Shown: positions 9,604-21,622 of the stretch, one piece after another
Numbering within the stretch: position 1 is the first letter of the stretch
Layout of the letters: each line of letters starts with the position of its first letter
NCBI GenBank assembly: GCA_038228305.1
Contig: JBBRPI010000017.1
Coordinates: 532-64,531, forward strand
Length of the DNA stretch: 64,000 nucleotides
Source: Sphingomonadales bacterium
GTDB taxonomy: Bacteria; Pseudomonadota; Alphaproteobacteria; Sphingomonadales; Sphingomonadaceae
Direction: 5' to 3'
The notes under the pieces: model-generated
What the model was told of the DNA's origin: nothing
The model's database searches: none
The model's input: only the letters and a program-made list of their open reading frames with translations
Translations under genes and position numbers: made by a program

Positions 9604-10616
9604 GCCGGGATCAGCTCTGCCACAGCGCGGGCAATGCGCCCGGTCGATCCGGTGTCATCCAGAACATTGCGGCGCAGGCGATGGCGCAGGGCGAGTGCGG
9701 CGACGGCGGCGATATGGGCCGGGGCAACGGCTTTCTTATGGGCCAGCGCCGCGGTGGCGCGGGCAGCACGCAGCAGGGTGAGTTCACCGCGCAGGCCATC
9801 GGCGCCAACGGCCTGGCACAGCCGGCTGCCCAGTTCGAGCATGGCGTCGGAGACGGTGACATTGGGCAGGCGTTTGCGGGCGGTGGCGATGCCGGTCAGC
9901 GTTGCGGATTCTTCGGCCGCAAAATCGGCGGCGAAGCCATCGGGGTCACGATCAAAGCGGTCACAGCGTTTGACGATCTCGATGCGTTCGGCAAGCTCGG
10001 TCGGGGTGCGCACATCCACCGAAAGCCCGAACCGATCGAGGAGCTGTGGCCGCAATTCGCCTTCCTCGGGATTGCCCGAACCGACCAGGATGAATCGCGC
10101 CGCATGACGGATGCTCAACCCCTCTCGCTCAACCACATTCTGGCCCGATACTGCAACATCGAGCAGCAGATCGACAAGATGATCCTCCAGCAGGTTGATC
10201 TCGTCGATGTAAAGAAAGCCGCGATTGGCCTTGGCCAGCAAGCCGGGTTCAAAGCGCTTTTCGCCGGTTGCCAGCGCACGTTCCAGATCGAGGCTACCGA
10301 CGACGCGATCTTCGGTGGCGCCCAGCGGCAGATCGACAAACGGCACGGCGATGCTGGCGGTTTTCTTGCCGGCAATCTTGCGGCAATCATCGGGGCAGGG
10401 GGTGGTATCGGCCGGCGCGCAGCCATAGCGGCAGCCGGCGACGACCAGCATCGGCGGCAACAGCGCCGCAAGTGCCCGGACGGCAGTGGATTTGCCGGTG
10501 CCCCGATCGCCAAACACCATGACGCCGCCCAGCCGCGGTTCGACCGCCGCCATCAACAGCGCTTGTTTCATTTCTGTCTGGCCGACAATGGCCGAAAACG
10601 GGAAGGGGGTTTTCAT
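9600..10616 (-). CDS. bchI: Magnesium chelatase ATPase subunit I
   Basis: FPFSAIVGQ, GDRGTGKST, LYIDEINLL, NPEEGELRPQLLDRFG, GLRGEL. Confidence 0.98.
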   Translation of the reverse strand: MKTPFPFSAIVGQTEMKQALLMAAVEPRLGGVMVFGDRGTGKSTAVRALAALLPPMLVVAGCRYGCAPADTTPCPDDCRKIAGKKTASIAVPFVDLPLGATEDRVVGSLDLERALATGEKRFEPGLLAKANRGFLYIDEINLLEDHLVDLLLDVAVSGQNVVEREGLSIRHAARFILVGSGNPEEGELRPQLLDRFGLSVDVRTPTELAERIEIVKRCDRFDRDPDGFAADFAAEESATLTGIATARKRLPNVTVSDAMLELGSRLCQAVGADGLRGELTLLRAARATAALAHKKAVAPAHIAAVAALALRHRLRRNVLDDTGSTGRIARAVAELIPA

Positions 10617-10724
10617 GGACTTGCGTCTAGCAGGCCAGTGGATTGGGGCAAGATGGAAGGCATGACACGGCTGGCCTGCCCAGGCCGGTTCGACTCAAGC
10701 GGCAATTGCGCTAAACCCGCCACG

Positions 10725-11795
10725 ATGACCGTTGTCACGCGCCTGTCCCTGACTGATTTCCGGTCCTACACCGCTTCCAACATCGGTATCGGCAGTATCG
10801 CCCCGATTGTCATCACGGGGGATAACGGCGCCGGCAAGACCAACATCCTGGATGCCCTGTCGCTGCTCGGCCCCGGCCGTGGGTTGCGCGGTACACCGCT
10901 GTCCGACGCTGCCCGCACCGATGGTCGGGGCGGCTGGAGCATTGCCGCAACGCTGGGCGGTGATGTCGAAATTGGCACCGGCACCGCCGCACAGGCGCCC
11001 GAACGCCGCATCGTCCGCATCAACGGCGCCGCCAGCACCGCCGCCACGATTGGCGAATATCTGGCATTGGTCTGGCTGACGCCGGCGATGGACCGGTTGT
11101 TTGCCGATACCCCGGCAGCGCGCAGGCGCTTTCTGGACAGGTTGGTGCTGGCGCTGCACCCCGGCCACGCCCGCGAATCGGTGCGTTATGACGCGGCGAT
11201 GCGCGCTCGCACCCGGCTGTTGACGGCCGACACGCCTGCTGATCCGCAATGGCTGGCGGCGCTGGAACTGGCGATGGCTGACCATGGCGCCGCGATTGCC
11301 GCCGCGCGCGCCGATACCGTTGCCGCATTGACGGTGACGCTCACCGCCGCGCCGGCCAGCATCTTTCCCCAGCCCCTGCTGGCGCTGGAAGGCGGCGAAC
11401 CCGGCGCCGATTTGCGCCTTCAGCTCGCCCGAAATCGCGCCGCTGACAGCGCCGCCGGCCGCGCCCTGATCGGTCCGCACCGCAGCGATTTGGTCGTTAC
11501 CCACGCGGCAAAGGGTGATGCCGCAGCGCGCGGATCGACCGGCGAGCAAAAGGCGCTGCTGATCGCCATCATCCTGGCCCATGCCGGGCTGGTCGCCGGG
11601 CGCACTGGCCGGCCGCCGCTGTTGCTGCTCGATGAAATCGCGGCGCATCTGGACGCTCGTCGCCGCGCCGCACTGTTTGAGCGGCTTGCCGCCACCGGAT
11701 CACAAGTCTGGATGACGGGGACAGAGCCGGCGCTGTTCGAGCACCTGGAGCCGGCGACACGGCTCCATGTCGAAAAGGGTATTATCCACGGCTGA
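10725..11795 (+). CDS. recF: DNA replication/repair protein RecF
   Basis: DFRSY, GDNGAGKTNILDA (Walker A), GPHRSDL, STGEQKALL, LLLDEIAAHLD. The real start is ATG 10725, inside the long shadow ORF. Confidence 0.96.
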   Translation: MTVVTRLSLTDFRSYTASNIGIGSIAPIVITGDNGAGKTNILDALSLLGPGRGLRGTPLSDAARTDGRGGWSIAATLGGDVEIGTGTAAQAPERRIVRINGAASTAATIGEYLALVWLTPAMDRLFADTPAARRRFLDRLVLALHPGHARESVRYDAAMRARTRLLTADTPADPQWLAALELAMADHGAAIAAARADTVAALTVTLTAAPASIFPQPLLALEGGEPGADLRLQLARNRAADSAAGRALIGPHRSDLVVTHAAKGDAAARGSTGEQKALLIAIILAHAGLVAGRTGRPPLLLLDEIAAHLDARRRAALFERLAATGSQVWMTGTEPALFEHLEPATRLHVEKGIIHG

Positions 11796-11854
11796 TGCTG
11801 CCCGCGACACTGGCGCCGTTGACCGCAACGGGCGCCAGATCCAAAGCGAACGCC

Positions 11855-13408
11855 ATGACCCAAATTGTCATCATCCTGGGTGACCAGTTGAGCGTTGGGC
11901 TGGCCTCGCTGGCCCAGGCTGAAAAAGCCAATTCGGTGGTGCTGATGATGGAAGTGGCAACGGAAGCCACCTATGTCCGCCATCACCAGAAAAAGATTGC
12001 CTTCCTGTTCTCGGCAATGCGTCATTTTGCCGGTGAACTGCGTGCCCGGGGCTGGACGGTCGACTATGTCGCGCTGGATGATCGCGGCAACACCCAGGAT
12101 TTCGCCGGAGAGGTAACGCGCGCTGCTGCCCGCCATGCCGCGACCAGCCTTGTCACGGTCGAGGCCGGTGAATGGCGCGTGCTCGCCAGCCAGCAGGCAT
12201 GGGGCGCGCTGGCCGGCGTTGCATGCAGCGTTCTGTCCGATGACCGTTTCCTGATCAGCCGCAGCGAATTCGCGGATTGGGCAAAGGGGCGCAAGCGGCT
12301 GGTGATGGAGGATTTTTACCGGATGATGCGCCGCCGGACCGGGCTGTTGATGGCCGGCGACGAACCCGCAGGGGGCCGCTGGAATTATGACACGGAAAAC
12401 CGCAAACCGCCGGCAAAGGGCATGCGTTATCCGGCTGTTCCAAAATTTGCCCCGGATTCGGTCAGCGCGGATGTGCTGGCGCTGGTGGCAACCCGCTTTG
12501 GCGACCATTTCGGTGATCTCGACGGCTTTTGCCACGCCGTGACGAGGGCCGATGCGTTAGCAACGCTGGATGATTTCATAACGCATCGCCTGGCGCTGTT
12601 TGGCGATTTCCAGGATGCCATGGTCGATGGCGAGGATCAGCTGTTCCACAGCCAATTGTCGCCGCTGATCAATTGCGGGCTGTTGCTGCCACAGGAGGTT
12701 TGCACGGCGGCCATGGCGGCCTGGCAGACGGGCGCAGTGCCGCTGAACGCCGCCGAAGGCTTTATCCGCCAGATTCTGGGCTGGCGCGAATATGTGCGCG
12801 GCATCCATTGGATCGCCGGGCCCGATTATGCGACGCGCAACCATCTGGCGGCAACCCGCGACCTGCCGGCGTTCTACTGGACCGGCGACACTGATATGCG
12901 CTGCTTGTCACAGGCGATTGCGGCGACGCGGCGCAATGCCCACGCCCATCATATTCAGCGGCTGATGATTTTGGGCAATTTTGCCATGTTGATCGGGGCC
13001 GACCCGGTTCAGGTCCATGAATGGTTCCTGGCGGTTTATGACGATGCCTATGAATGGGTGGAAACGCCCAATGTGATCGGCATGAGCCAGTTTGCCGATG
13101 GTGGCCTGATGGGATCAAAACCCTATGCAGCAGGCGGCGCCTATATCAACCGCATGTCGAACCACTGCCGGCCGTGCCGGTACGATGTGAAACAGCGCAC
13201 TGGCCCCAACGCCTGCCCGTTCAACAGCCTGTACTGGGATTTTCTGGCGCGCAATCGCCCGGCGCTGGGCGGCAACCAGCGCTTGTGGCAGATGTATTCC
13301 GGCTGGGATCGTTTTTCGAATGCCGAGCAGGAAGCGATTCGCGCCCAGGCGGCGAAATTCCTGGCAGCGCTGCCATCTGGCGCGCGTCATTGGGGCATTG
13401 CCAACTGA
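11855..13408 (+). CDS. Fe-S cryptochrome/(6-4) photolyase of the PhrB/CryB (FeS-BCP) class
   Basis: ILGDQL, YVRHHQKKI, GGRWNYD.ENRK, ILGWREYV, HHIQRLM; four Fe-S Cys ligands (DMRCL, NHCRPC, NACPFN). Confidence 0.93.
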   Translation: MTQIVIILGDQLSVGLASLAQAEKANSVVLMMEVATEATYVRHHQKKIAFLFSAMRHFAGELRARGWTVDYVALDDRGNTQDFAGEVTRAAARHAATSLVTVEAGEWRVLASQQAWGALAGVACSVLSDDRFLISRSEFADWAKGRKRLVMEDFYRMMRRRTGLLMAGDEPAGGRWNYDTENRKPPAKGMRYPAVPKFAPDSVSADVLALVATRFGDHFGDLDGFCHAVTRADALATLDDFITHRLALFGDFQDAMVDGEDQLFHSQLSPLINCGLLLPQEVCTAAMAAWQTGAVPLNAAEGFIRQILGWREYVRGIHWIAGPDYATRNHLAATRDLPAFYWTGDTDMRCLSQAIAATRRNAHAHHIQRLMILGNFAMLIGADPVQVHEWFLAVYDDAYEWVETPNVIGMSQFADGGLMGSKPYAAGGAYINRMSNHCRPCRYDVKQRTGPNACPFNSLYWDFLARNRPALGGNQRLWQMYSGWDRFSNAEQEAIRAQAAKFLAALPSGARHWGIAN

Positions 13409-13492
13409 TTCCGGCAACTCGCCGCTCGCGTGCACGCGCGCCGGAGTCTATAGTAAGCGCGAAAACGCCGCTGCAAACCCCAAGGCGGTTGA

Positions 13493-15919
<2,427 letters not shown>

Positions 15920-15922
15920 GTG

Positions 15923-15959
15923 CCCCGGCGGCTGGGGCCTTAGGCCCCAGCCGCCGGGG
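15923..15959. terminator. Perfect 18-bp inverted repeat between convergent gyrB and TBDR
   Basis: CCCCGGCGGCTGGGGCCT-T-AGGCCCCAGCCGCCGGGG; no U-tract on either side. Confidence 0.7.
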
Positions 15960-15991
15960 GTCGCTGTCGTTCAATCAGCTATGTCTCTGCC

Positions 15992-18124
15992 TTAAAACCG
16001 CGTCCGTATCGTAAACCGCGCCGATCGCGGCCCGCCGGTGGAGATGTTGTTATCGGTATGGGCGGTTGGGAAATAGCCGGTGTTGAACAGGTTTTCGACG
16101 TTGATCTGCACGTTGATTTGTTTGGTCAGGGAAAAAAAGCCGGCGGCATCAACCCGGGTATAGGCCGGCAGCCGCACCGCATTGCTGATGGTTGCATAGC
16201 TGCCGCCCTGATGGGTTACACCCGCGCCAAAACCCAGGCGCGATGTCAGATCATAGCGGGTCCAGAATGACGCCTGGACGTGCGGCACCAGCGGCACCTT
16301 GCGGCCGGCCGGCGCCGCTGCCGTCGTGCTGCGGATTTCGGCATCCTGCACCGCCAGGCCGATGCTGATCTGCCAATCGGGCAGAATTTTGCCGTTGGCA
16401 GCAAGCTCCAGCCCCTGCGAACGCGTTGCCCCGGTCAACACGGTGGTGCCGGCGACAAGGCCATTGGCGCGGGTATTGGTGCGTTCCAGCCGATACAGTG
16501 CCGCCGTCAGGTTCAGCCCCGGCGTGACATCCCATTTGCCGCCAATCTCATAATTCTGAAATTGTTCGGGTTTCAGCGTCGCCTGTGTCGCGGTCAGGTT
16601 GGTGAACTGATCCCCCGATTGCGGCAGATACGACCGGCTGTAGCTGGCATAGATTGAAGCATTAGTGACTGGCTTCCAAATCAGGCCCAGCCGCGGTGAC
16701 CACAGATTATCGGTGCGACCAAAGCCAGCGCCGGTCAAACGGTCGGTGTAATCAAGGCTGAACCTATCATAGCGGACGCCGGCAAGGATTTCGAAATGCG
16801 GGCTGATGGCGATCTGATCTTGCACAAAGGCGGCGAACAAATCGGTGCGGGTGTAATTGTCACGCTGGCCGGGGCCGGGGCGCAGCACAAATGGCGGCGG
16901 CACAAACGGATCGGCCAGAATGGCCAGCGCGCGGGTGGCGTTGTTGCTGTCGAAATAGCCGTTCAGCCGCTGGCTGCGGGTGATCTGGCGACCAAACTCG
17001 ATTCCGGCGAGCACGACATGCTGGATCGCGCCGGTGCGGGTGTGCCATTCCAGATCGGTTTGGCTGAGCAGATTCTGGCGCTGCACCGCATCCTGATAGG
17101 CCTCGACGCCAAAGCCTTCTGAGCTGCTTTCATCCTCATCGCCGTCATCATCGCCGCCGCCGCCCAGGCCCGATACGGCGGTTGCCGGAAACAGATTGCG
17201 GTACAGCTTGTCATAATCGCCATAGCGCGCGCGCTGGCGCAGCGTCAGCTGGTCGGTCAGCCCATAGTCGGCATTAAGGTTGACGATATCACCGTTGAAG
17301 ATCGATCGATTGCGATCCCGATCACCGAAAAACGTGTTGCGATATTTGCGATCAAGCAGCGGGTGGCCATTTTCCGACGGCACACCGCGATCGACAAGGC
17401 GATCATCATCGGCATGTTCATAGCCGATGACCAACCGGCCCTTGCCGGCCAGATCAAAGCCAATGGTCGGGTTGATCGCCCAGCGTTGCAGATCATAAAA
17501 CTGCCGGTGATTGCGGCCGTCTTCATACACAGCGTTCAATCGGGCGCTGATGCCACCGACCAATGGCGCGCCGATATCGCCGCCCAACCGCCAGCCACCA
17601 AAACTGTCGACACTGGCATCGGCGTTGGCAAAATCCGTCGACGCAAAGGGTGATTTCGAGACGCGGTTGATGATGCCGCCGGCGCCGCCGCGGCCGAAAA
17701 TCAGCGCGTTGGGGCCTTTCAGTATTTCAAGCTGGTCGATGTTATAGAAGTCCCGATAATATTGGACGTCGTCACGCAGGCCATCGACAAAGAAATCGGC
17801 GCTCGAATTGTTGCCGCGCAGCACGATCTGGTCGCGATTGCCCTCACCCTGGGCAGCGACGGCGCCTGGCACATAACGCAGCGCATCGGTGATCGACAGG
17901 ATCGCCTGGTCATCCAGCCGGGCCCGGCTGAACACGCTGATCGATTGCGGCACATTCAGCAGCGGCGTTTCGGTGCGCGTGGCGGTGACGCTGTGATCGA
18001 CAAGATAGCCCTGATCGCGCGCCGCCGTAACGGTGATCAGCCCGCTGTCATCGGTCGCCAGTGCCGCTGCATTTGCGAAAATCGTCAGCATCGCAGCACT
18101 GGCGAGCAATAAAGGGAAACGCAT
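15992..18124 (-). CDS. TonB-dependent siderophore receptor (Fiu/PiuA-like)
   Basis: Signal peptide; plug domain (PQSISV, DALRYVPG, GEGNRD, EILKGPNALIFGRG); C-terminal Phe; Fur-like boxes upstream. Confidence 0.92.
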   Translation of the reverse strand: MRFPLLLASAAMLTIFANAAALATDDSGLITVTAARDQGYLVDHSVTATRTETPLLNVPQSISVFSRARLDDQAILSITDALRYVPGAVAAQGEGNRDQIVLRGNNSSADFFVDGLRDDVQYYRDFYNIDQLEILKGPNALIFGRGGAGGIINRVSKSPFASTDFANADASVDSFGGWRLGGDIGAPLVGGISARLNAVYEDGRNHRQFYDLQRWAINPTIGFDLAGKGRLVIGYEHADDDRLVDRGVPSENGHPLLDRKYRNTFFGDRDRNRSIFNGDIVNLNADYGLTDQLTLRQRARYGDYDKLYRNLFPATAVSGLGGGGDDDGDEDESSSEGFGVEAYQDAVQRQNLLSQTDLEWHTRTGAIQHVVLAGIEFGRQITRSQRLNGYFDSNNATRALAILADPFVPPPFVLRPGPGQRDNYTRTDLFAAFVQDQIAISPHFEILAGVRYDRFSLDYTDRLTGAGFGRTDNLWSPRLGLIWKPVTNASIYASYSRSYLPQSGDQFTNLTATQATLKPEQFQNYEIGGKWDVTPGLNLTAALYRLERTNTRANGLVAGTTVLTGATRSQGLELAANGKILPDWQISIGLAVQDAEIRSTTAAAPAGRKVPLVPHVQASFWTRYDLTSRLGFGAGVTHQGGSYATISNAVRLPAYTRVDAAGFFSLTKQINVQINVENLFNTGYFPTAHTDNNISTGGPRSARFTIRTRF

Positions 18125-18134
18125 TGCAATTCCT

Positions 18135-18178
18135 GGGAATGATTATCAATAGCGGCTTTATTGCGATTGGTTCGCAAT
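18135..18178. promoter_or_regulatory. Two Fur-box-like iron regulatory sites
   Basis: GGGAATGATTATCAATAGC (18135-18153) matches GATAATGATAATCATTATC at 14/19; a palindrome ATTGCGA-N5-TCGCAAT lies at 18160-18178. Confidence 0.7.
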
Positions 18179-18253
18179 CCGTCAAGCCGCTTCAGGCTGG
18201 CCAATCCGCAAATTCGCTTCTAATTGTCCGGACAAAGCGCTGGAGATCGCCCA

Positions 18254-19114
18254 ATGCAGTATGAACGCATCGATTGGCCCAACGGCGCGGCCTGTGCCTT
18301 GTCGATCGTCGTCAATGTGGAGGAAGGCAGCGAAATGACCGTGGCGCGCGGCGATCGCGGCATGGAACCGGTTGATGAGCTGGGTATCCACATCAAGTCG
18401 CCGATCCGCAATTACGGCAATGAATCCAATTATCTTTATGGCATAAAGGCCGGTGCGCCGCGGGTGGTCGATCTGCTCGACAGCTATGGATTTTCGGCCA
18501 GCTGGACCGTCGCGGCAATGAGCCTGGAAAACCACCCCCAGATTGCCGCAGCCATACGTGCGCGGGGGGATGAGGCGGTCAGCCATGGCTGGCGTTGGGT
18601 GCACCAGTTCAAGATGGACGAAGCCGCCGAACGCGAATTCATCGCTCGTGCGACCGCCAGCATCGCGGCAACCACCGGCACCCGCCCCTATGGCTGGCTA
18701 AGCCGCTATTTCCACACCGACAACACCCGGCGTTTGTTGATCGAGGCCGGATACGAATATCATATGGATGACTATTCGGGCGACGTTCCATTCCTGGACG
18801 CCGCGACTGTGCCTGGAAAATCGATTGCCATCGTGCCGTATCAACTTGATACCAACGACATGAAAATGTGGACTGATCCGGCCTACACCCCGCGCGCCTG
18901 GCTCGATTATGCGCGCGACAGCTTTGACCAGATTTATGCTGAAGGACTGGCCGGCAATCCGCGCATGATGTCGCTCGGCCTGCACCTGCGCATCATCGGT
19001 CGCCCCGGCCGGATCGGCGCCCTGGCGGCATTCCTGGCCCATGTCGCGGCGCACGACCGGGTGTGGGTGACGACGCGGCGTGAAATCGCAGGGGTTGTGC
19101 TACCGGCGCGTTAA
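18254..19114 (+). CDS. Polysaccharide deacetylase family protein (PuuE/allantoinase-like)
   Basis: LSIVVNVEEG, NESNYLYGIKAG, SHGWRW, YHMDDYSGD, MSLGLHLRIIGRPGR; GGAG RBS. Confidence 0.9.
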   Translation: MQYERIDWPNGAACALSIVVNVEEGSEMTVARGDRGMEPVDELGIHIKSPIRNYGNESNYLYGIKAGAPRVVDLLDSYGFSASWTVAAMSLENHPQIAAAIRARGDEAVSHGWRWVHQFKMDEAAEREFIARATASIAATTGTRPYGWLSRYFHTDNTRRLLIEAGYEYHMDDYSGDVPFLDAATVPGKSIAIVPYQLDTNDMKMWTDPAYTPRAWLDYARDSFDQIYAEGLAGNPRMMSLGLHLRIIGRPGRIGALAAFLAHVAAHDRVWVTTRREIAGVVLPAR

Positions 19115-19242
19115 CGATTGCAGTCAAAAAATGGCGCAGTGCTTGACTCTGGCGCAGTAATAGCTTGTCTTTTCGTTAATCCGAATCGCTGACAAATGGC
19201 ATCGGCTGTTTGTATTGCTTTTCAGGTTATGGGGAAACGGCG

Positions 19243-20673
19243 ATGCCAGCATTGATAAAGTTTCTGATGGCCTATGGTTGGTGGCTGTCCGCGGCTGCCG
19301 GAATAGTTGCTGCTGCGGCGCTTTACGTCAATCGCACCCGCCATTTCTGGCTGACCGATCTGGTCTATACGTTTCCGCTGATCGGCAAAATCAAACGCTA
19401 TTCACGTGACTATGCTGAATCTTCGTACACCGGTTGGCTGAATGTCGAGGACATGCTGTGCCGCGACTATGCCAAACACATCTCCTCGCTATCCAAGGCG
19501 CAGTTCGATCATCGGGTCGAGTATTTGAAAAAAACCTATGATCATGGTCGAAAACCGGTGCCTGTTGTCGCGATTGCCGGCATCGTGATCCTGGTCATTT
19601 TAGAAGGTTTTGGTTTTTCCTATCTGCTGGGCGCCGCAATGGCGGCCGAAGGTTCTGAAAACACCCGTCAAATCCTGATGATCGGTATCACCATCGTGCT
19701 GGCGATGATCCTTGTTTGGGTCATGCATTCCGCTGGCCATCAGATGTTTCGCACCAATGTGCTGCGCAGTTGCTTCCGGGCGTTTCAAACCTGTCGTGAC
19801 GATGGTTTCACCTCGGCAGTGGTTGGATTGAACGATCCATCAGGGATTGACGCCAACAAGCCACCCCATGTGCAATGCGCCAATCGTGTTGCCCACCGCG
19901 GTGATGATATTGGTGGCCGCGCCTGGCTGTGGGTGGCCGGCGCTTTGATTTTGGTCATTGCTGCCGGTTCAACCTATTTGCGCATCGAAACCCTGGCGGC
20001 GAGCGAGATTGCGGCCAGCAGCGATGTTGGTGCCGCGATGTTTGGCGGCGCACCGGCTGTGGCGCCTGCTGCCGATGGCAGCGCGGCTTCTGCGGTTTCG
20101 GCCCAACATAATGCTTCGTTGACCGCCTATATGATGCTGGCGGCAATCTTTGTGACCACGCAGATCGTTGGGATCGGGGTTGGTTATAGTTATGGCTTTG
20201 CTGGCAAACAGGCTGACAATGCCTATCGCGCAACGCGTGGTTGCGCCGATTATGAATCCTATTGGGAACCGATTCAGAATCGCATCAATCTGATCAACAG
20301 CCGGCTGAAAAAACTGCAACGCCTGTTGGAAGAGGGAATGCCGCGCCCGATTGATTTCTCCAAAAGCTTTCCCGATTTCATCCGTGAGGAGCGTACGCGG
20401 GGCGCAACCGATCTGCATGAGCCACCGGCACAGGCGCTTTCGCCATCGCACCAGGGCCATCAGTCAAACAGCGAAAATGTCGCCGGCGCTTTGGCAGAAT
20501 GGGATCATTTGGGGCCGGATCAAGACGCCCGGATCGCCTATGTCAAAACGCTGCGCGATTCGATGCAACTTGATCTCTATAAGGCGTTGAAGGCCCGTAC
20601 CGACGCCAGCAACGCCGATCGCGACCGCGAAATCCACGAAAAGGTCACTGCCATGTTCGCGGATGTTCTGTGA
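19243..20673 (+). CDS. Multi-pass membrane protein of unknown function
   Basis: About 5 hydrophobic segments, an Ala-rich extracytoplasmic linker and a C-terminal coiled coil; 4-nt overlap with the next gene. Confidence 0.8.
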   Translation: MPALIKFLMAYGWWLSAAAGIVAAAALYVNRTRHFWLTDLVYTFPLIGKIKRYSRDYAESSYTGWLNVEDMLCRDYAKHISSLSKAQFDHRVEYLKKTYDHGRKPVPVVAIAGIVILVILEGFGFSYLLGAAMAAEGSENTRQILMIGITIVLAMILVWVMHSAGHQMFRTNVLRSCFRAFQTCRDDGFTSAVVGLNDPSGIDANKPPHVQCANRVAHRGDDIGGRAWLWVAGALILVIAAGSTYLRIETLAASEIAASSDVGAAMFGGAPAVAPAADGSAASAVSAQHNASLTAYMMLAAIFVTTQIVGIGVGYSYGFAGKQADNAYRATRGCADYESYWEPIQNRINLINSRLKKLQRLLEEGMPRPIDFSKSFPDFIREERTRGATDLHEPPAQALSPSHQGHQSNSENVAGALAEWDHLGPDQDARIAYVKTLRDSMQLDLYKALKARTDASNADRDREIHEKVTAMFADVL

Positions 20674-21500
20674 AGTTCGTAAAATTTGCCGTGATGGCTG
20701 GAGTCATGGTCGCCTTCGCCGCTGCTGATGCCGCCGAAAATGCCGTTGCGAGTTGCTATGCCATGGTCAATATCGGCATGGTGCAGGCCAAACCAGCGCA
20801 TGAAATTTTTGTTCTGGTCGACCAGACAGTTTTGTTCGATGATGGTGTAAAGGCGTCGATCAACGAACGGCTACTACCGTTGCTGCGCCCGGGCACGGCC
20901 TATTCAGTTGCCAGCTTTTCAGCATATGGCCAAGGCCGCTATCCCGTGATCATCAGTTCAGGCGTTACCGAGGCTTCGGTCCCAGCGACGATGCGCAACG
21001 ATATTTCGGTGCCGAAACTGAAAAAGCTGGATGATTGTCTTCGCGCACAATTGCCATTTGCGTCCCGCACCATGCTGGCTGCCACAGCTATGGCGATTTC
21101 TGGCAGCAGCGGCGGTCTTGCCAATTCCGAAATCCTGGCCAGCCTTAAACAACTGTCGGCGCGCGTCGCCGCATCGCCAGCCCGGAAGAAAACCGTTGTC
21201 ATCATTTCCGACATGATCGAACATTCGACGATAACCAGCTTTTACAGCAAATCGATATTGCGCAAAATCGACCCTGACGTCGAATTTGCCAAAGCCACTG
21301 CTGCGGGCCTTGTTGCCAATTTTGGCGGCGCAGAGACTTATGTGATTGGTGCAGGCGCATTGCCGGCTGATAAACCCTCGGCGCGGCGCGGCACTGCCGA
21401 AATGACCAGTCTCGAACGCTTCTGGCGACAATGGCTCAATGCCAGCCGTGCCGATCTGGAAGAATTTGGTGAACCGTTGCTGTTGAAACCGATCGGTTAG
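20670..21500 (+). CDS. Secreted protein with a vWA-like fold
   Basis: Signal peptide; IFVLVDQT, SEILASL and VVIISDMIEHS resemble vWA/MIDAS elements; Cys pair. Confidence 0.72.
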   Translation: MKFVKFAVMAGVMVAFAAADAAENAVASCYAMVNIGMVQAKPAHEIFVLVDQTVLFDDGVKASINERLLPLLRPGTAYSVASFSAYGQGRYPVIISSGVTEASVPATMRNDISVPKLKKLDDCLRAQLPFASRTMLAATAMAISGSSGGLANSEILASLKQLSARVAASPARKKTVVIISDMIEHSTITSFYSKSILRKIDPDVEFAKATAAGLVANFGGAETYVIGAGALPADKPSARRGTAEMTSLERFWRQWLNASRADLEEFGEPLLLKPIG

Positions 21501-21622
21501 GGTTTGCCGGCCCAAGCTTGTGCCTGGCGTCCAAAAAATGCGATGAGTGCACCGCAACGTCGGCGGTCATGGTGCCACACCCCTGCTGCCAGCCGTCTTG
21601 CCTTGCGCTACAGCCCCACAGC

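Noticed and set aside
8511-10724. Apparent 1094-aa ORF suggesting a large N-terminal extension of RecF
   Set aside because: The upstream part is antisense to bchD/bchI with Arg/Pro-rich shadow composition; RecF motifs begin at ATG 10725.
10617-10724. PpsR (TGT-N12-ACA) sites upstream of bchI, and likewise upstream of por
   Set aside because: Searched by eye; neither intergenic region contains TGT.
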